From: Glaucostegus cemiculus
Lineage: Eukaryota
NCBI GenBank assembly: GCA_976551045.1
Contig: CDPCPM010000281.1
Coordinates: 1,674,001 to 1,738,000, forward strand
Reading direction: 5' to 3'
Length of the DNA: 64,000 bases
Made by a program: the position numbers and the translations under genes. The notes beneath the pieces are model-generated. The model worked only from the letters and a program-made list of their open reading frames with translations, did no database searches and was not told the DNA's origin. This document shows, piece by piece, positions 1 to 13,100 of the stretch. The stretch's first letter is position 1. Every line of letters starts with the position of its first letter.

Positions 1-906
1 ACACCAAGATCGGTGGTGTGGTAGATAGTGTGGAGGACTGTAGGAGCTTACAGGGGGATATTGATAGGATGCAGAAATGGGCTGATAGGTGGCAGATGGA
101 GTTTAATCCGGAGAAGTGTGAGGTGGTGCACTTTGGGAGGACAAACTCCAGGACAGAGTATAAGGTAAATGGTAAGGTTCTTGGCAGTGTAGAGGAGCAG
201 AGGGATCTGGGGGTTCATATCCACAGTTCGCTCAAAGTTGCCTCGCAGGTGGATAGGGCTGTTAAGAAGGCTTATGGGATGTTGGCTTTTATAAATAAAG
301 GGATTGAGTTCAAGAGCAGAGAGGTGATGATGCTGCTTTACAAAACTCTAGTTAGGCCGCACTTGGAATATTGTGTTCAGTTTTGGTCGCCGCATTATAG
401 GAAGGATGTGGAGGCGTTGGAGAGGGTGCAGAGGCGTTTTACCAGGATGATGCCTGGATTGGAGGGTATGGAATATAAAGAGAGGCTTAAGGTGTTAGGG
501 CTCTACTCATTAGAGAGGAGGAGGATGAGAGGGGACTTGATAGAGGTGTTTAAGATATTGAGAGGAATAGATAGAGTTAATAGTCAGCGCCTCTTTCCCA
601 GAGCGCAGATGCTCAAGACGAGAGGGCATGCCTTTAAGATAATAGGTGAAAAGTATAGGGGAGACGTCAGAGGGAAGTTTTTCACCCAGAGAGTGGTTGG
701 TGCATGGAATGCACTGCCTGGGGTGGTAGTGGAGGTAGATACGTTGGACAGGTTTAAGAGATTGTTAGATAAGCACATGGAAGAATGTGGAATAGTAGGA
801 TATGAGGGTGGAAAGAGTTAGTTTGGGAGATGTTTGTAGGATGGCACAGCTTGATGGGCCGAAGGGCCTGTTCTGTGCTGTATTGTTCTATTGTTCTATT
901 GTTCTA
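1..906 (+). mobile_element. Young CR1-clade LINE (HER1-like), 3' part of ORF2 plus 3' UTR
   Basis: Intact ORF 18..821 with CR1 post-RT motifs ([58 protein letters not shown]). Ends in a (TATTGTTC)n tail. Confidence 0.95.
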
Positions 907-998
907 AAAGTGGTGCAGCCAAAGGTCTAGGCCAACCAATCTTGTAGTTGTGCATTAGGTGTATAATTATTTGTTTACCTTTTCTTTGATGGTCTTAG

Positions 999-1127
999 GT
1001 GTTTTTCAGAGCAGGAACTCTTGTTAAATTGGAAGAACAAAGGGATGAACAGACCAGAAGGAATATCACTCTTTTCCAGGCAGCTTGCAGAGGATACCTT
1101 GCACGGCAGTATTTCAAGAAGAGAAAG
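999..1127 (+). CDS. MYO18A: MYO18A exon (end of motor domain and IQ motif)
   Basis: ttag|GTG...AAG|gtag, 129 nt, phase 0/0: [43 protein letters not shown]. Confidence 0.96.
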
Positions 1128-4100
1128 GTAGAATGTCAACAACACTTCACAAACCAAACAGAGTTTTATCTGTATTAATTTGGTGTAGATTGTAACACAG
1201 TTTCAAAAAGGTTACTTATCTTTTTTAAATTAATCTAAAGTTTATGCCCATCCAATGATTAAAGCTAGCTTAATATATTTCTTTTCAGATTCAAGATCTA
1301 GCTATTCGTTGCATCCAGAAAAACATTAAAAAAAACAAAGGAGTCAAGAACTGGCCGTGGTGGAAACTATTCACTACAGTTCGGCCTTTAATTGAGGTTC
1401 AGTTAACAGAGGAGCAAATACGAGGCAAAGATGTAAGCACTTTAAACTCTTTTAATTTTTCACATTATATTTTTGCTAAGACATACATGAAATATGCATG
1501 TGCATGTGTACATACAAGTACATTTCTCTTTTACTCCTTCTTCCACCTGACTTTGAAACATATTAATTAGGAATGGGAAACATAGCAAGTTTCTTACACC
1601 CTCCTTATCTGTGGGCCACAAAGTTAATGAGACAGTATAGATTGAATGCCCTTGTGATGGAGATAATTGGGCATCCAATGTCATACTGATGATCAGCTGT
1701 TCACTGAGAGGGGATAAAGTGAATGTTCTTGTTTTACTTAATTATGTGCAGTCCGTTTTGACACCACAGTTCTTATTGTCATTTTTCTCATGGCAATACA
1801 TTCAAAACAAGTTTTTTTGATAAAGTTATACTTACTTAATGCATTTGTTAAAATTAACATACCGTCTGAAAGCACTGCAACTTTTTCAAAATGCTTCTGA
1901 AAGTTGTTTTAAAAATTCACATGTTGGAAAGAACAGTGTCAAGGTTTTGTTATTCATGGGATTTAATCTCTCTTGTGCCAAGTAAGGTTAAATTTTCAGT
2001 TAATTTCCCCAACCATTGCATAGGATCTAACCAATAAGCTTGGTGTCTCACTATGTTAGGAGGAGATTCAGCAGCTCCGCAGCAAAATAGAACGGGTTGA
2101 AAAGGAACGCAATGAATTGCGACTAACAAGTGATCGTCTAGAAAGCAGGGTAAGGTTATACCCAGGATTCTTTTGTATATTTGATTATTGCAGTTCATGA
2201 AACAATAGTTATTTTCCAACTGTCAGCGTAAATTAGTTGATACAATGAAGTACATGGAAGACTGCCTGAAATTAGTTGAAAACCAATTCAGTTAAGATCA
2301 ATATGTAAAGCTTCTTTGAAGCATTATGCAAAATATTAAGACCGTATTTTGTTTATTGCTTCAGTAAGTGGATTTATGATCCAATATGGAGTTAACTTGA
2401 ATTTCGAATGGTGAAACAATTCAATGTTGGAAAACATATATGGAGGGATTAAAAGTAATTTTATGCATCCTATAGTTAATGAGAAACAAAGTAGCATGGC
2501 AAAAGCTTGGATTTTGATGTTAAATGCTGATTGTTCAAAAAAGGACAAGTGACATATAACTGCCAAGATCTCCAGAATTGTCATGTGAGCAGCCAAATGT
2601 GGAAGTCACAAACTTTGTGAAGAATACTAGAAACCATAGCTATCAAAACACTTAATTGCTTATCTCCCCTGGATTTTATTTTTATATATTCATTTCTCAG
2701 GCCCTAGGCCTAGCTGGCAAGACCAGTATTTATTGCCCCTCCCTAATGAAAGGTGGAGTGAACTGCTGCAATCCCTCTGATGAAGGTACTTCCATAGTAC
2801 TGTTGGGTAGGGATTTAGAATTTAGACCCAGCAATGGTGACGGACCAATGATATAGTTCCAAATAAGGATGGTGTGGGCTTGGCGTGGGCTTGATGTGAG
2901 CTTGATGTGGACCCTGTAGGTGGTGGTGTTCCCATTTGTCTGCTGTCCTTGTCTTTCTTGGCAGTGAAGGATGTGATTTGGGAACTGCAAAGTTAGAGCC
3001 TAGATGAGTAACTGTATTGCATTTTTGAAGGTTCTTACATTGCAGCCACTGTGTGCTGATGTTGGAAGGAATGAATGCTTAAGGTGGTTGATAAGGTGGT
3101 GCACTTTGGGAGGACAAACTCCAGGACAGAGTATAAGGTAAATGGCAAGGTTCTCGGCAGTGTAGAGGAGCAGAGGGATCTGGGGGTTCGTATCCACAGT
3201 TCACTCAAAGTTGCCTCGCAGGTGGATAGGGCTGTTAAGAAGGCTTATGGGATGTTGGCTTTTATAAATAAAGGGATTGAGTTCAAGAGCAGAGAGGTGA
3301 TGATGCTGCTTTACAAAACTCTAGTTAGGCCGCACTTGGAATATTGTGTTCAGTTTTGGTCGCCGCATTATAGGAAGGATGTGGAGGCGTTGGAGAGGGT
3401 GCAGAGGCGATTTACCAGGATGATGCCTGGATTGGAGGGTATGGAATATAAAGAGAGGCTGAAGGTGCTAGGGCTCTACTCATTAGAGAGGAGGAGGATG
3501 AGAGGGGACTTGATAGAGGTGTTTAAGATATTGAGAGGAATAGATAGAGTTAATAGTCAGCACCTCTTTCCCAGAGCGCAGATGCTCAAGACGAGAGGGC
3601 ATGCCTTTAAGATAATTGGTGGAAAGTATAGGGAAGTTTTTCACCCAGAGAGTGGTTGGTGCATGGAATGCACTGCCTGGGGTGGTAGTGGAGGCAGATA
3701 CGTTGGACAGGTTTAAGAGATTGTTAGATAAGCACATGGAAGAATGTGGAATAGTAGGATATGAGGGTGGAAAGAGTTAGTTTGGGAGATGTTTGTAGGA
3801 TGGCACAGCTTGATGGGCCAAAGGGCCTGTTCTGTGCTGTATTGTTCTATGTTCTATAAGGTGCCAGTCAGGTGGATGGCTTTGTCCTGGTTGGGATTAA
3901 CTTTCTTGAGAATTGTTGGCACTGCACTGATCCAGGCAAATGGAGAGATGCTTCTAATTTGTGCTTTGTCGATGGTAGAAAGGCTTTGGAACAAAGAGAG
4001 AAGTCACTTACCTCAGCATATTCATCCTCTGACTATCTCTTGCAGCCAGAGAAATTATGTGGCTGGTCCAGTAAGGTTTCTCATCTCTGGTCACCACAGG

Positions 4101-7100
4101 ATGTAGACAGTGGCTTCGGTAATGGTTTTGCTGTCAAGGATTGGTGGTTAGACTCTTTTGTAGCGATGGTTATGACCTAGCACTTTCATAGTGTGCGTTT
4201 TACATTGACACTTATCAGTCCATGTCTGACCTTTGTCCAGGTCTTGCTCCATGCAACCCTACACTGCTTCATTTGCTAAGGAGCTGCAAATGGAATTGAA
4301 CATTTTGCAATCATCAGGGAACATCTGTATTGTTGACTTTGTGATTAAAGGAAAGTTATTGATGAATAACTGAAGATGGATGGACCTAGAACAATGCCCT
4401 GCAGAACTCCTGCAGTGATGTCCTGGGGCTGGGATGATTCACCTATAACAAGCACAATATCTTCCTTTGTGTGAGATTTGACTCCAAATTGACAGATTGA
4501 GGAGTGTTTTTCCTCTTGATCCCATTGATTTTGATTTTATCAGGGTTCTTTGAATCCACACACAGTCAACTGTAGATTTAATGTCACAGCAGTCATATTT
4601 ATCTCACTTGTGGAATCCAGCTCTTCGTTTGTTATGAGGTCTGGACAAAATTCAAACTCTGCATTATTGGACAAATTATTATAAGTGTCTCTTGATCTAC
4701 ATGTCGATGACACATTCCATTACTTTGATGGTGATTGAGAGTAAACTTGGCAATAACTGGACAGATTAGATTTGCCCTACTTTTGGTGAACAGGGCATAC
4801 CTGGGCAATTTTCCATAATGCCAGGTAATGGATCAGCTTGGTTATCTGCACAGACAGTTCCAGTCTTCAGTACTAAAACTGGACTGTTTTCTAGTGCCAT
4901 TGCCTTTGCTCTATTCAGTCATCTTAACTGTTTCTTGATGTAACATGGAGATAATGAAATTGAGTGAAGACTAGTTCCTCCGATGATGGGGATCTCGGGA
5001 GGAAGCTAAGATGGATCATCAAATTGGCACTTCTGGCTGAATGCTATTGCAAATGCTTCAGCTTTGTCTCAGCAATTGGGAATGGTGATGTACTTGGAGC
5101 CTCCTCCAACTGTTTGCTGTTTAATTATTTACAGCGTTCACAACTGTATACTGTATGGTGGAAATGTAAAACTACTTTGATCTGATTTGTCAGATGTGAG
5201 ATTGCTTGGCTCAGTTTATTGTTTGGTGCTTTTGCTATTTACCTGCCCTCTGTGTAAACTTGGAACTTTGCTTCCACAAGGACAATGGGGTAGTTACTTC
5301 TACCAATGCCAACGTAAACATGTACATCTGCCACTGATGGATTGGTGAGGACAAGGTCAACTTGGTTTATCTTGCATATTGATTCACTCACATTATACTG
5401 CAGACTCAGTCTGGTAGCCTTGTCCTTTAGAGTGCAATCAATGATGATATTACCAAGCCACACTTTGTGATGAACATTAAAGTCCCCTATCACACTTTTT
5501 GCCCTTTCCTATATTAGTATTTCTTCCAAGTATTGTTTAAAATGGAGGAGCACTGTTTCATCAGTTGAGAGTTGTATATTTGTGGTACTTCATCGGGTCT
5601 GGAATTAACCTTAATGATTCCAGGGGCTAATGCCTTCCACCTGTATACCATTGTGCCGTCACATCTGGTTGGTCGGTGCAGATGGTTGGACCAGACATAA
5701 CCACAAATTGTGGTGGAGGAGCCTGGCATATTGTGAGTACAATTATTTCAGGTTGTTGCTTGATTAACCTGTGGAATAGGTCTTCCATGGACACCAGTTT
5801 ATAACTGAAGAAGGTTGTCTAAGGTTACAACGGGATCTAGATCAACTGCGGAAGTTGGCAAGGAAATAGCTGATAGAATTTAACTTTTGGAGTGTTGTCA
5901 GTTTATGTATTGCTCTCAATCAACAGGCAATTTAATTAATCCATTGCCATAGGAGAATGATGAAGACTGGTTTTGCAAAAGTAAATACAATTTTCTTTAC
6001 ATGTGGAAGCTAATTTGTAGAAGTTCTAGTGCAAAATATTTTTTAAAATAATTAATACAGTATGCATAAAGTATTTCTGGATTCAGATGGAAATGTTTAA
6101 GAACAATTGTTTTATTCCATTGTGCAAAAATACAGTAGCTCAAAAGGAAAAGATACAGCAGGTAAAGAAAGCACACTGAAAATATAATACCTTAGATGGG
6201 AACACATATCAGTACTTCACTACATATGCAATTTAATTTGTCCACTACAATATGTAGTTATTTTACTCACTCCAATTTCTAATTTCTTGATCACATAACC
6301 TGTGTTGAACTAAAACTAGTTTGACAATTTTTGATCTATAATTTAAAATGTTAATTTGCTGCATATTGATTCAGATCAAAAATCATATTGGGGTTCAGAA
6401 TAAGACACTATTAAGCTTAGAATGCTGGTTCCTTATCTTCATATTATTATTGATAATTTCCAATAATGTTTATTGTTACAAATACGTACTAGTTTAGGCA
6501 GTGGTTTTGATTATTTGATTTCAATAATAGCTTGGAGAACTGACATCAGAATTAACAGATGAGAGAAATACTGGTGAATCAACATCTCAGCTTCTAGAGA
6601 CAGAAACGGCAGACAGACTGCGGTTAGAGAAGGAAATGAAAGAGTTACAGGTAAGTTAAGAATTCTTTTTCCCTTGAAATTCTGGTAGCCATTGCAGTAC
6701 AAATGTTTGAGTAGCACAATTGGGAAAAAGGTTTGCAGGTTTGTTAGTTGTAGAACCAGTTTTTAATCCAGTCCTCAGTTCAGTAGCTGATTTTTTTTTC
6801 TTGACCTGGAAATTTGAGAACAAAATTTCCCTTTGAATGAGACCTTTGAATGTAATTAGGTATCTCAAGGTATTACACAGAAGTGACATAAGACACCAAG
6901 ATTCCTAAATAGGTTTCAGGGTATTCAAACACTGAGTCAATGGGCTGGATTTTAGGAAGTGTCTTAAAAGAGGAGAGACATCTGGAGAAGTGAAGAAGCA
7001 TAGTGAGGGAATTCCAGAGATAAGGTCAAGGCAGCTGAAGACCCAGGCACCAACAGTGGTGCAATTAAAACCGTGGATATGCAAGCTGCCAAAATCGGAA

Positions 7101-10100
7101 GTATGTAAAGACTTTGGAAGATTGCCGTCCTATGAGGAATTAGATATAGAGAGGGGAAAAAGCTTATGGTGAGATTTGAAAGCCAGTATGAAAGGTATTA
7201 TCAGGTTGGAAGCTCATGTAGATGAAGAGCAACATGGATGATGGGTGAGTGGGACAGTGCAAGATATGGGCAGCAGAGTTTGAGTAGGAGAACATTAGAG
7301 TAATCAAGTACAACATAACAAAAGCACGGAAATGGGTGTCAGCAGCAGTTGCGCCGAGAAAGACAGAATGGTATTACAGAGAACTAAATAGGCAGTCTTG
7401 GAGTAGAATAAAAACACAAAATGCCAGAAACATGGCAGGCAGCATCTGTGGAAATAGAAACAGAGTTAATATTTCAGGTCAAAGACCCTTCATCCCTTGG
7501 TGGAGTGGAAAGTTGATGAATCTCTTATTTGAGTCAAGAATTTCTTGATTCAAGAAATCAAAAAAATAATAATTTCTTTGATAAGGAACTTTTATTAAAT
7601 ATGTGTATGTATGCAAGTATGTGAAGCAATTTCAGTTATCTAACACATTGTATAAATTTTGAGAACTGGTCATTTGTGAAGCATTATTTGGTTTAGGCTA
7701 AATATGATGGAATGAAGAAACAGATGGATTCAATGGAAATGGAAGTGATGGAAGCCCGGCTTATCAAAGCAGCAGATTTAAACGGAGAATTGGATGATGA
7801 CGAGTCTGGTTAGTGGTTCATTTTCATTGTTTGAATGTTTTAGACATTATTCTTTTAAAGCCAGGAACCGACATACTCTTATCTGTAGATTTATCAACAA
7901 TTTCCACCATTACGTCATTGTTCTGTATACTCAAACAAGAAAACAGATGCAACTGCAAATTTTATTTTCACATATTTAAGATCTCCTGCTATCATGAGCT
8001 CTTGAATATAGCAATCCATTCAAAAACCATCAAAATTTCATTGTTGAAATTCAGACAGGTTTGGATATACAGCAAAGCCGAGATGCAAACCTGAGATCTT
8101 CAGTGCAGTTTTTTTGTTGTTTGAAGTAGTGGTTTCTCTTAAAAGTACTTCTTTATTTGCATAATGCAAAATCTCAATAATGGCATGTTGAATAGTATTT
8201 ACATATATGTGAATTTAAGTGGAAAACTGTAGGCTGTTGGCATATTGCTTTTATTTTCTTCCCATAGGTGGAGAATGGAGAATGAAGTATGAGCGTGCAG
8301 CAAGAGAGATAGATTTCACCAAAAAACGACTGCATCAGGAATTTGAGGACAAACTGGAGGTTGAATTACAGAGCAAAAGGCAAATGGAGCGAAAAGTGAG
8401 GAGAAACGAGGAACACAATTATTAATAAAGATTCTGCATATATTTATAGATGAATATTAAAGCTTGGGGTGGTGCAGCACCTTGGAGCGCTGACATTTGG
8501 TGCCTTTGATAAATTAAACAAAGGCACCAAATGTCAGTTTTCTTCCTTGCCATTGCTAGCTTGTCTCTTAAAATTTTGTCTTAAGTAAACTGCATTTATT
8601 GTTTTCAGTGTGACTCTTACATGGGGCTGAATCTTGTAGGCTGCATTTGTCAATTTCAAAGGAAATCAGTTGCTTAGCTATTTGAACAAAAGCAAGTCCT
8701 GCTGTGGAAGTAAAATTTACTGAGTAATGGTTAGCACTATGAGTCCAGGAATGGAGCCCAGTCTTGCTTGGGAATCTCTGGCATTATGGTGGAGAACCAT
8801 ATCTCCAATGTGTTTCGATCCAACAGTGCGAGATCTGAAGCTCCATTGATTTCACTGGCGATTCTAGGCCTGTAGATTAGGAGGCAAGAGGGGTGTAAAT
8901 TATTATATTTGTTTATTTATCTTAATACTTTTTTATGTTTATTAATCATGAAGTTTGTTTTAATTGTTTTATTTTGATTTTAATTGTTTTATAACGTCTC
9001 TAAATCACAGAGACTTTTTAAAAAACTATTAAAATCACTTGCAGTTTTGACAACAGTCAAAGCTGCATCTTAAAGTTCGTCAGGGACATTCTGGGAGCAA
9101 GTCCCAGTGTCAGCCTCCTGAGGCCTAGTTGCCTTCCAGACCTTCCTGTTCAACTTGAAAGCTAATGAGATTGTCCCTTCACAAATGAGTGAGATAAAAT
9201 GATACCACTCACAATTTTTTATCCACTATTTAAAATTGTACTGATTATTTGCAAAGTGTCTTTTTGTTGATATAGAAAAGTGAATTGTGTGCAAGTGGAA
9301 GGGCTGAGAAAGCATCCATTTGCAATTAGTCACAGACTCTAAATAAGTTATTACATTGTAATGTCTTTCCACAAATGTTCTTATCCCAAATTTTTTGGCT
9401 GTGAATTATAATTCTTATTTTGCTGAATTAATAGCTGTACTACAACTATTCAACTCAGTTAACAGAATAAATTACATATTAGAAGTTCAGTTACAGGAAT
9501 TCTTCACTGTGGCAGTTCAGAACTTCAACAAAATAGCATCTTGATGTTATTTGACTCCACAGATATCCTTTCTTTTATGGTCCTCTTAATTTGTTGGGTT
9601 TCAAGTCCAATTTCTTATCCATTATCAAAACCTTTTGCTTCTACCTCAGCAACAAAGCATGTCTCTATCTGTACTGTACCCCTATATCTGTACTGTACCC
9701 CATCATCCAACCTTGCTTCCATTTTGGTAATCCTATAGCCCTTAAACACATCTTTGGAACTTTCAGGACCTACCTCTATATTGCCTCCCTTTGTTTGCTT
9801 AATAAATAATACAGATGCAGTTATTCTATCTTTTTTAAATTGCCTGTAAATGACCAAAGAAGCTTTATTAAATATAAATCTTATTTTTAATTTTTGAAAA
9901 GCAGCTGGAAACTAGGTAGAGAATGAGAATCCAATGGTATTTTAGAACATTTAAAACTGTCTTGGGTATAATTTCTTTGACATGTTCAATATTAGTGATC
10001 CTCAACTGACATTTACCACCACATCTTACTAGGTTAAATCCAAATAATTAATGTAATGTAACTTTCCATATATCAACATGTATAGCATTCTAAAATTAAC

Positions 10101-13100
10101 TAACAGCTAAAAATTCTGCAGCTACTACTCTGATGTCTTTTTTTTTAATCAATATGAACAAAGTCTTGCAGGCTCAAAATATTTTTCAAATAATTTGGCT
10201 GCAAATATATTAACATTAATACCTAACACTTGCTCTTGTACTTTCAGATTGCAGACTTGCAAGCTGATAATGAGGAAATGCAACGTAGCATTCAACAGTT
10301 GAAGAAAAAATCCCAGCGACTTACAGCAGAATTGCAGGACACTAAGCTTCACCTTGAAGGTCAACAAGGACGTAACCATGAATTGGAAAAGAAGCAACGA
10401 AAGTGAGTAAATTCACAAAACCCAAATTGTGAGAATGTAATCTCCTTTATTTGTTTGCTATAGGCTGGTTGATCTTGTACAGCTTAATTTAAATCTATAT
10501 CATTTACAAATAGTAATGCGCTGCTGGTAATGGTGTTTGTGCAGCACTAATACTGCATATTATACATTTATGAAACAATGAAATAACCTTTTGGAATTGT
10601 GCAGTTTTACTATAATGTAATAATAGCCTTTCTAATTTGGAGCACAAGTCAGCTATTAACGTCACAAGCCACTTTTTCTGAACATCATCCAGCAGCCTCT
10701 AATTCCCTTGTTCAGCAAAAAAAAATTAAATTGTAGTATCATTAACTGAGCTTTTTGTGGGAGCTAGCTCACAGTTCTAACAGCTTCCATGCAACAATTA
10801 CTTGTTTAAAACATTTGGTCCTCATTTTGAAGTGTTCAACATTCTTTCACTGTCAAGAAAAGAAATTGTCTTGATCAGCTCTATCGATTCACCCCTTTAA
10901 TTTCTATATTGCATCGAATACAGTTCTCTGCCACCATCCAACCTTGCTTCCATTTTGGTAATTATACAATTCCCTCCTTTCAAGAGCAACACTTATCTTT
11001 CAGTGGTGCAGTACCTAGAACAACATACGTACTTCACGTAATAAGAGCAAGAAGAACCTGAAATCATTTGTTACAAATGGAATATAAATTCGCATAAGTA
11101 AATTTTGAAGCCTTTTAGGGAATAATGTTTTATTTTTGCTCGTGTTAAATTGAGAGAAATTGCAGCTCATGAGAATGATGTGGGCAAGAAGTTTCACATC
11201 ACAGAGATGGGAGAGGTTGATGGAGAAATAGATCACAATCTTCATCAGCATACATACTTGAAGCTAACTTTCACATTAATTCTTCAAGGAACAGCAGTAT
11301 AAATGACTTGGAGGAAGACTGAAGGATAGATATTTTGGGGACTGTATGGGTAACAGTTTGGAGCAATGAATGTTCAGCTATATGGAATATATTTGAAGCA
11401 CAATTGTATTTTTTGAAGTGGAACCAAATGAAGGAAGTCCCAGTGCTGGACATTGAAGGAGATGTTGGAGAACTGAGGAGGGATATCACAGGCAAAGTAA
11501 TAGAGAATGTTATTTGTGACTTTGCTTTCAGAGATGTGGGAGCAGCAGAAACAAGATCTAGAACTACAGTTAGGAAGATGTGGGAAACAATGGATATAAC
11601 CTTGGGAAGAACGAAAGTTCAAGCATTTTGGAATGATAGATTGTAAATTTGCATGGGAGATGGGTCAAGGATGAGCTTTTGAGGGAGGAACAGTAGCTTT
11701 GAAAAGGAGTTGGGGTGACCATATCTTGCCATTTGTGAAAAGATAGTTCTCATCCATTTTTCTGGTGCATAAACTGGAATAGAGTTGCAGCGCTGTGCAG
11801 ATTTTTAATATGACTATTTGATTATTTATTTAAAAAATACCAAGTTTTATTTTTCAAGTCCAATTCAGTATGTCAAATTGTGAGGGCATTTCAGTTTCCT
11901 ACAAAGCAAAGCATAAACATTATACTGCAATATCATGTGACATATAAACCCTTAATTATTTTTATCCATTTACTGCCAAGGTAAGCATTGATTACTACCT
12001 TGGGAAGCTAGTGATGAGCTGGTTTCTAGAACCACCGCAATTATTATGGTGAAGATACTTGTGCTGATGTTAGAGAGTTGCATGATGTTGAACCAACAGT
12101 GATGAAGGGGTGACGATATACTGTATGTACAAGTCATGATGCTAAGTGACGTGAGGGGGAACATAGTTATGGTACACAGGTAGTTTGAATTATTAGACAA
12201 TATCTAGGCTGTGGCTTTGAGTCAGGATATGTCTAGTTAACAACATACTTCTCAAAATAATGTGTCTCACATCTAAGAAGCTTTAAATGTATTGGAAGAA
12301 AATTGATCTTATGACATCTTGGGGATTGTCCCATGTGTAACACTTTATCACCAACAGTAAGTTAGAATTATGCTGTTTGTTCTAATGTTTTCTTTAACTT
12401 TCTTATTCCAGGTTTGACAGTGAGTTATTGCAAATACAAGATGAAGCTCAAAGAGAAAAAATTCAGAAAGAGAAACTGAGCAGAGAAAGAGACAGTTTTA
12501 TAGCAGAGATATTCAGTCTAAAGCAACAACTGGATGTATGTACCACCATAACCATGAAAAATTGATCAAATTTGTTAGATTGGAGCAGGATTTGCAAATA
12601 ACATTGAATAGACCAATAACATAAATCAAATCTTATGTTGTGTTTCTTTTTCTCTATGCTTCATGTATATGTTGATTGAAAGTTTAAAAATGGTTCATGG
12701 CTCATAAATTGTATTGTTAATAGTTTTACTAAATTGGTTAACAGGACTTGAGCATCTGTAAATTTGTAGAACCTTAAGCAACAAAAGTTTTGGTTTTATC
12801 TTGTTTAAAGCAGGATTTTACTATTGCTATATGACCTGGCACAAAAAATGTGGATTACCAGGCAGCAATGATCCCTGCACTATCTGCTTTGAGATCCAAG
12901 TTATCTACAGTACCATATAAAGGCATTGAAAATATGACACCAATGATTTCTCTGCAAAATCCTCCAAATTCACTGGAAGGACAGTTGAGTCAATGTCAGT
13001 TTCCTCTCATAGATCAATATCCCAAATATTGAAATAGAAGCTAGAAACACTTAGTCAGCTGCATTGGGCCAAGGCATATTATTCACATGCTTGACACCAG

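Noticed and set aside
18-821. 267-aa ORF as a host gene
   Set aside because: It is the C-terminal part of CR1 ORF2, repeated many times in the window.
8700-8745. Resemblance to miR-451 (TTACTGAGT/AGTAATGGT)
   Set aside because: Only a short partial match. Neither the mature sequence AAACCGTTACCATTACTGAGTT nor the hairpin is present.
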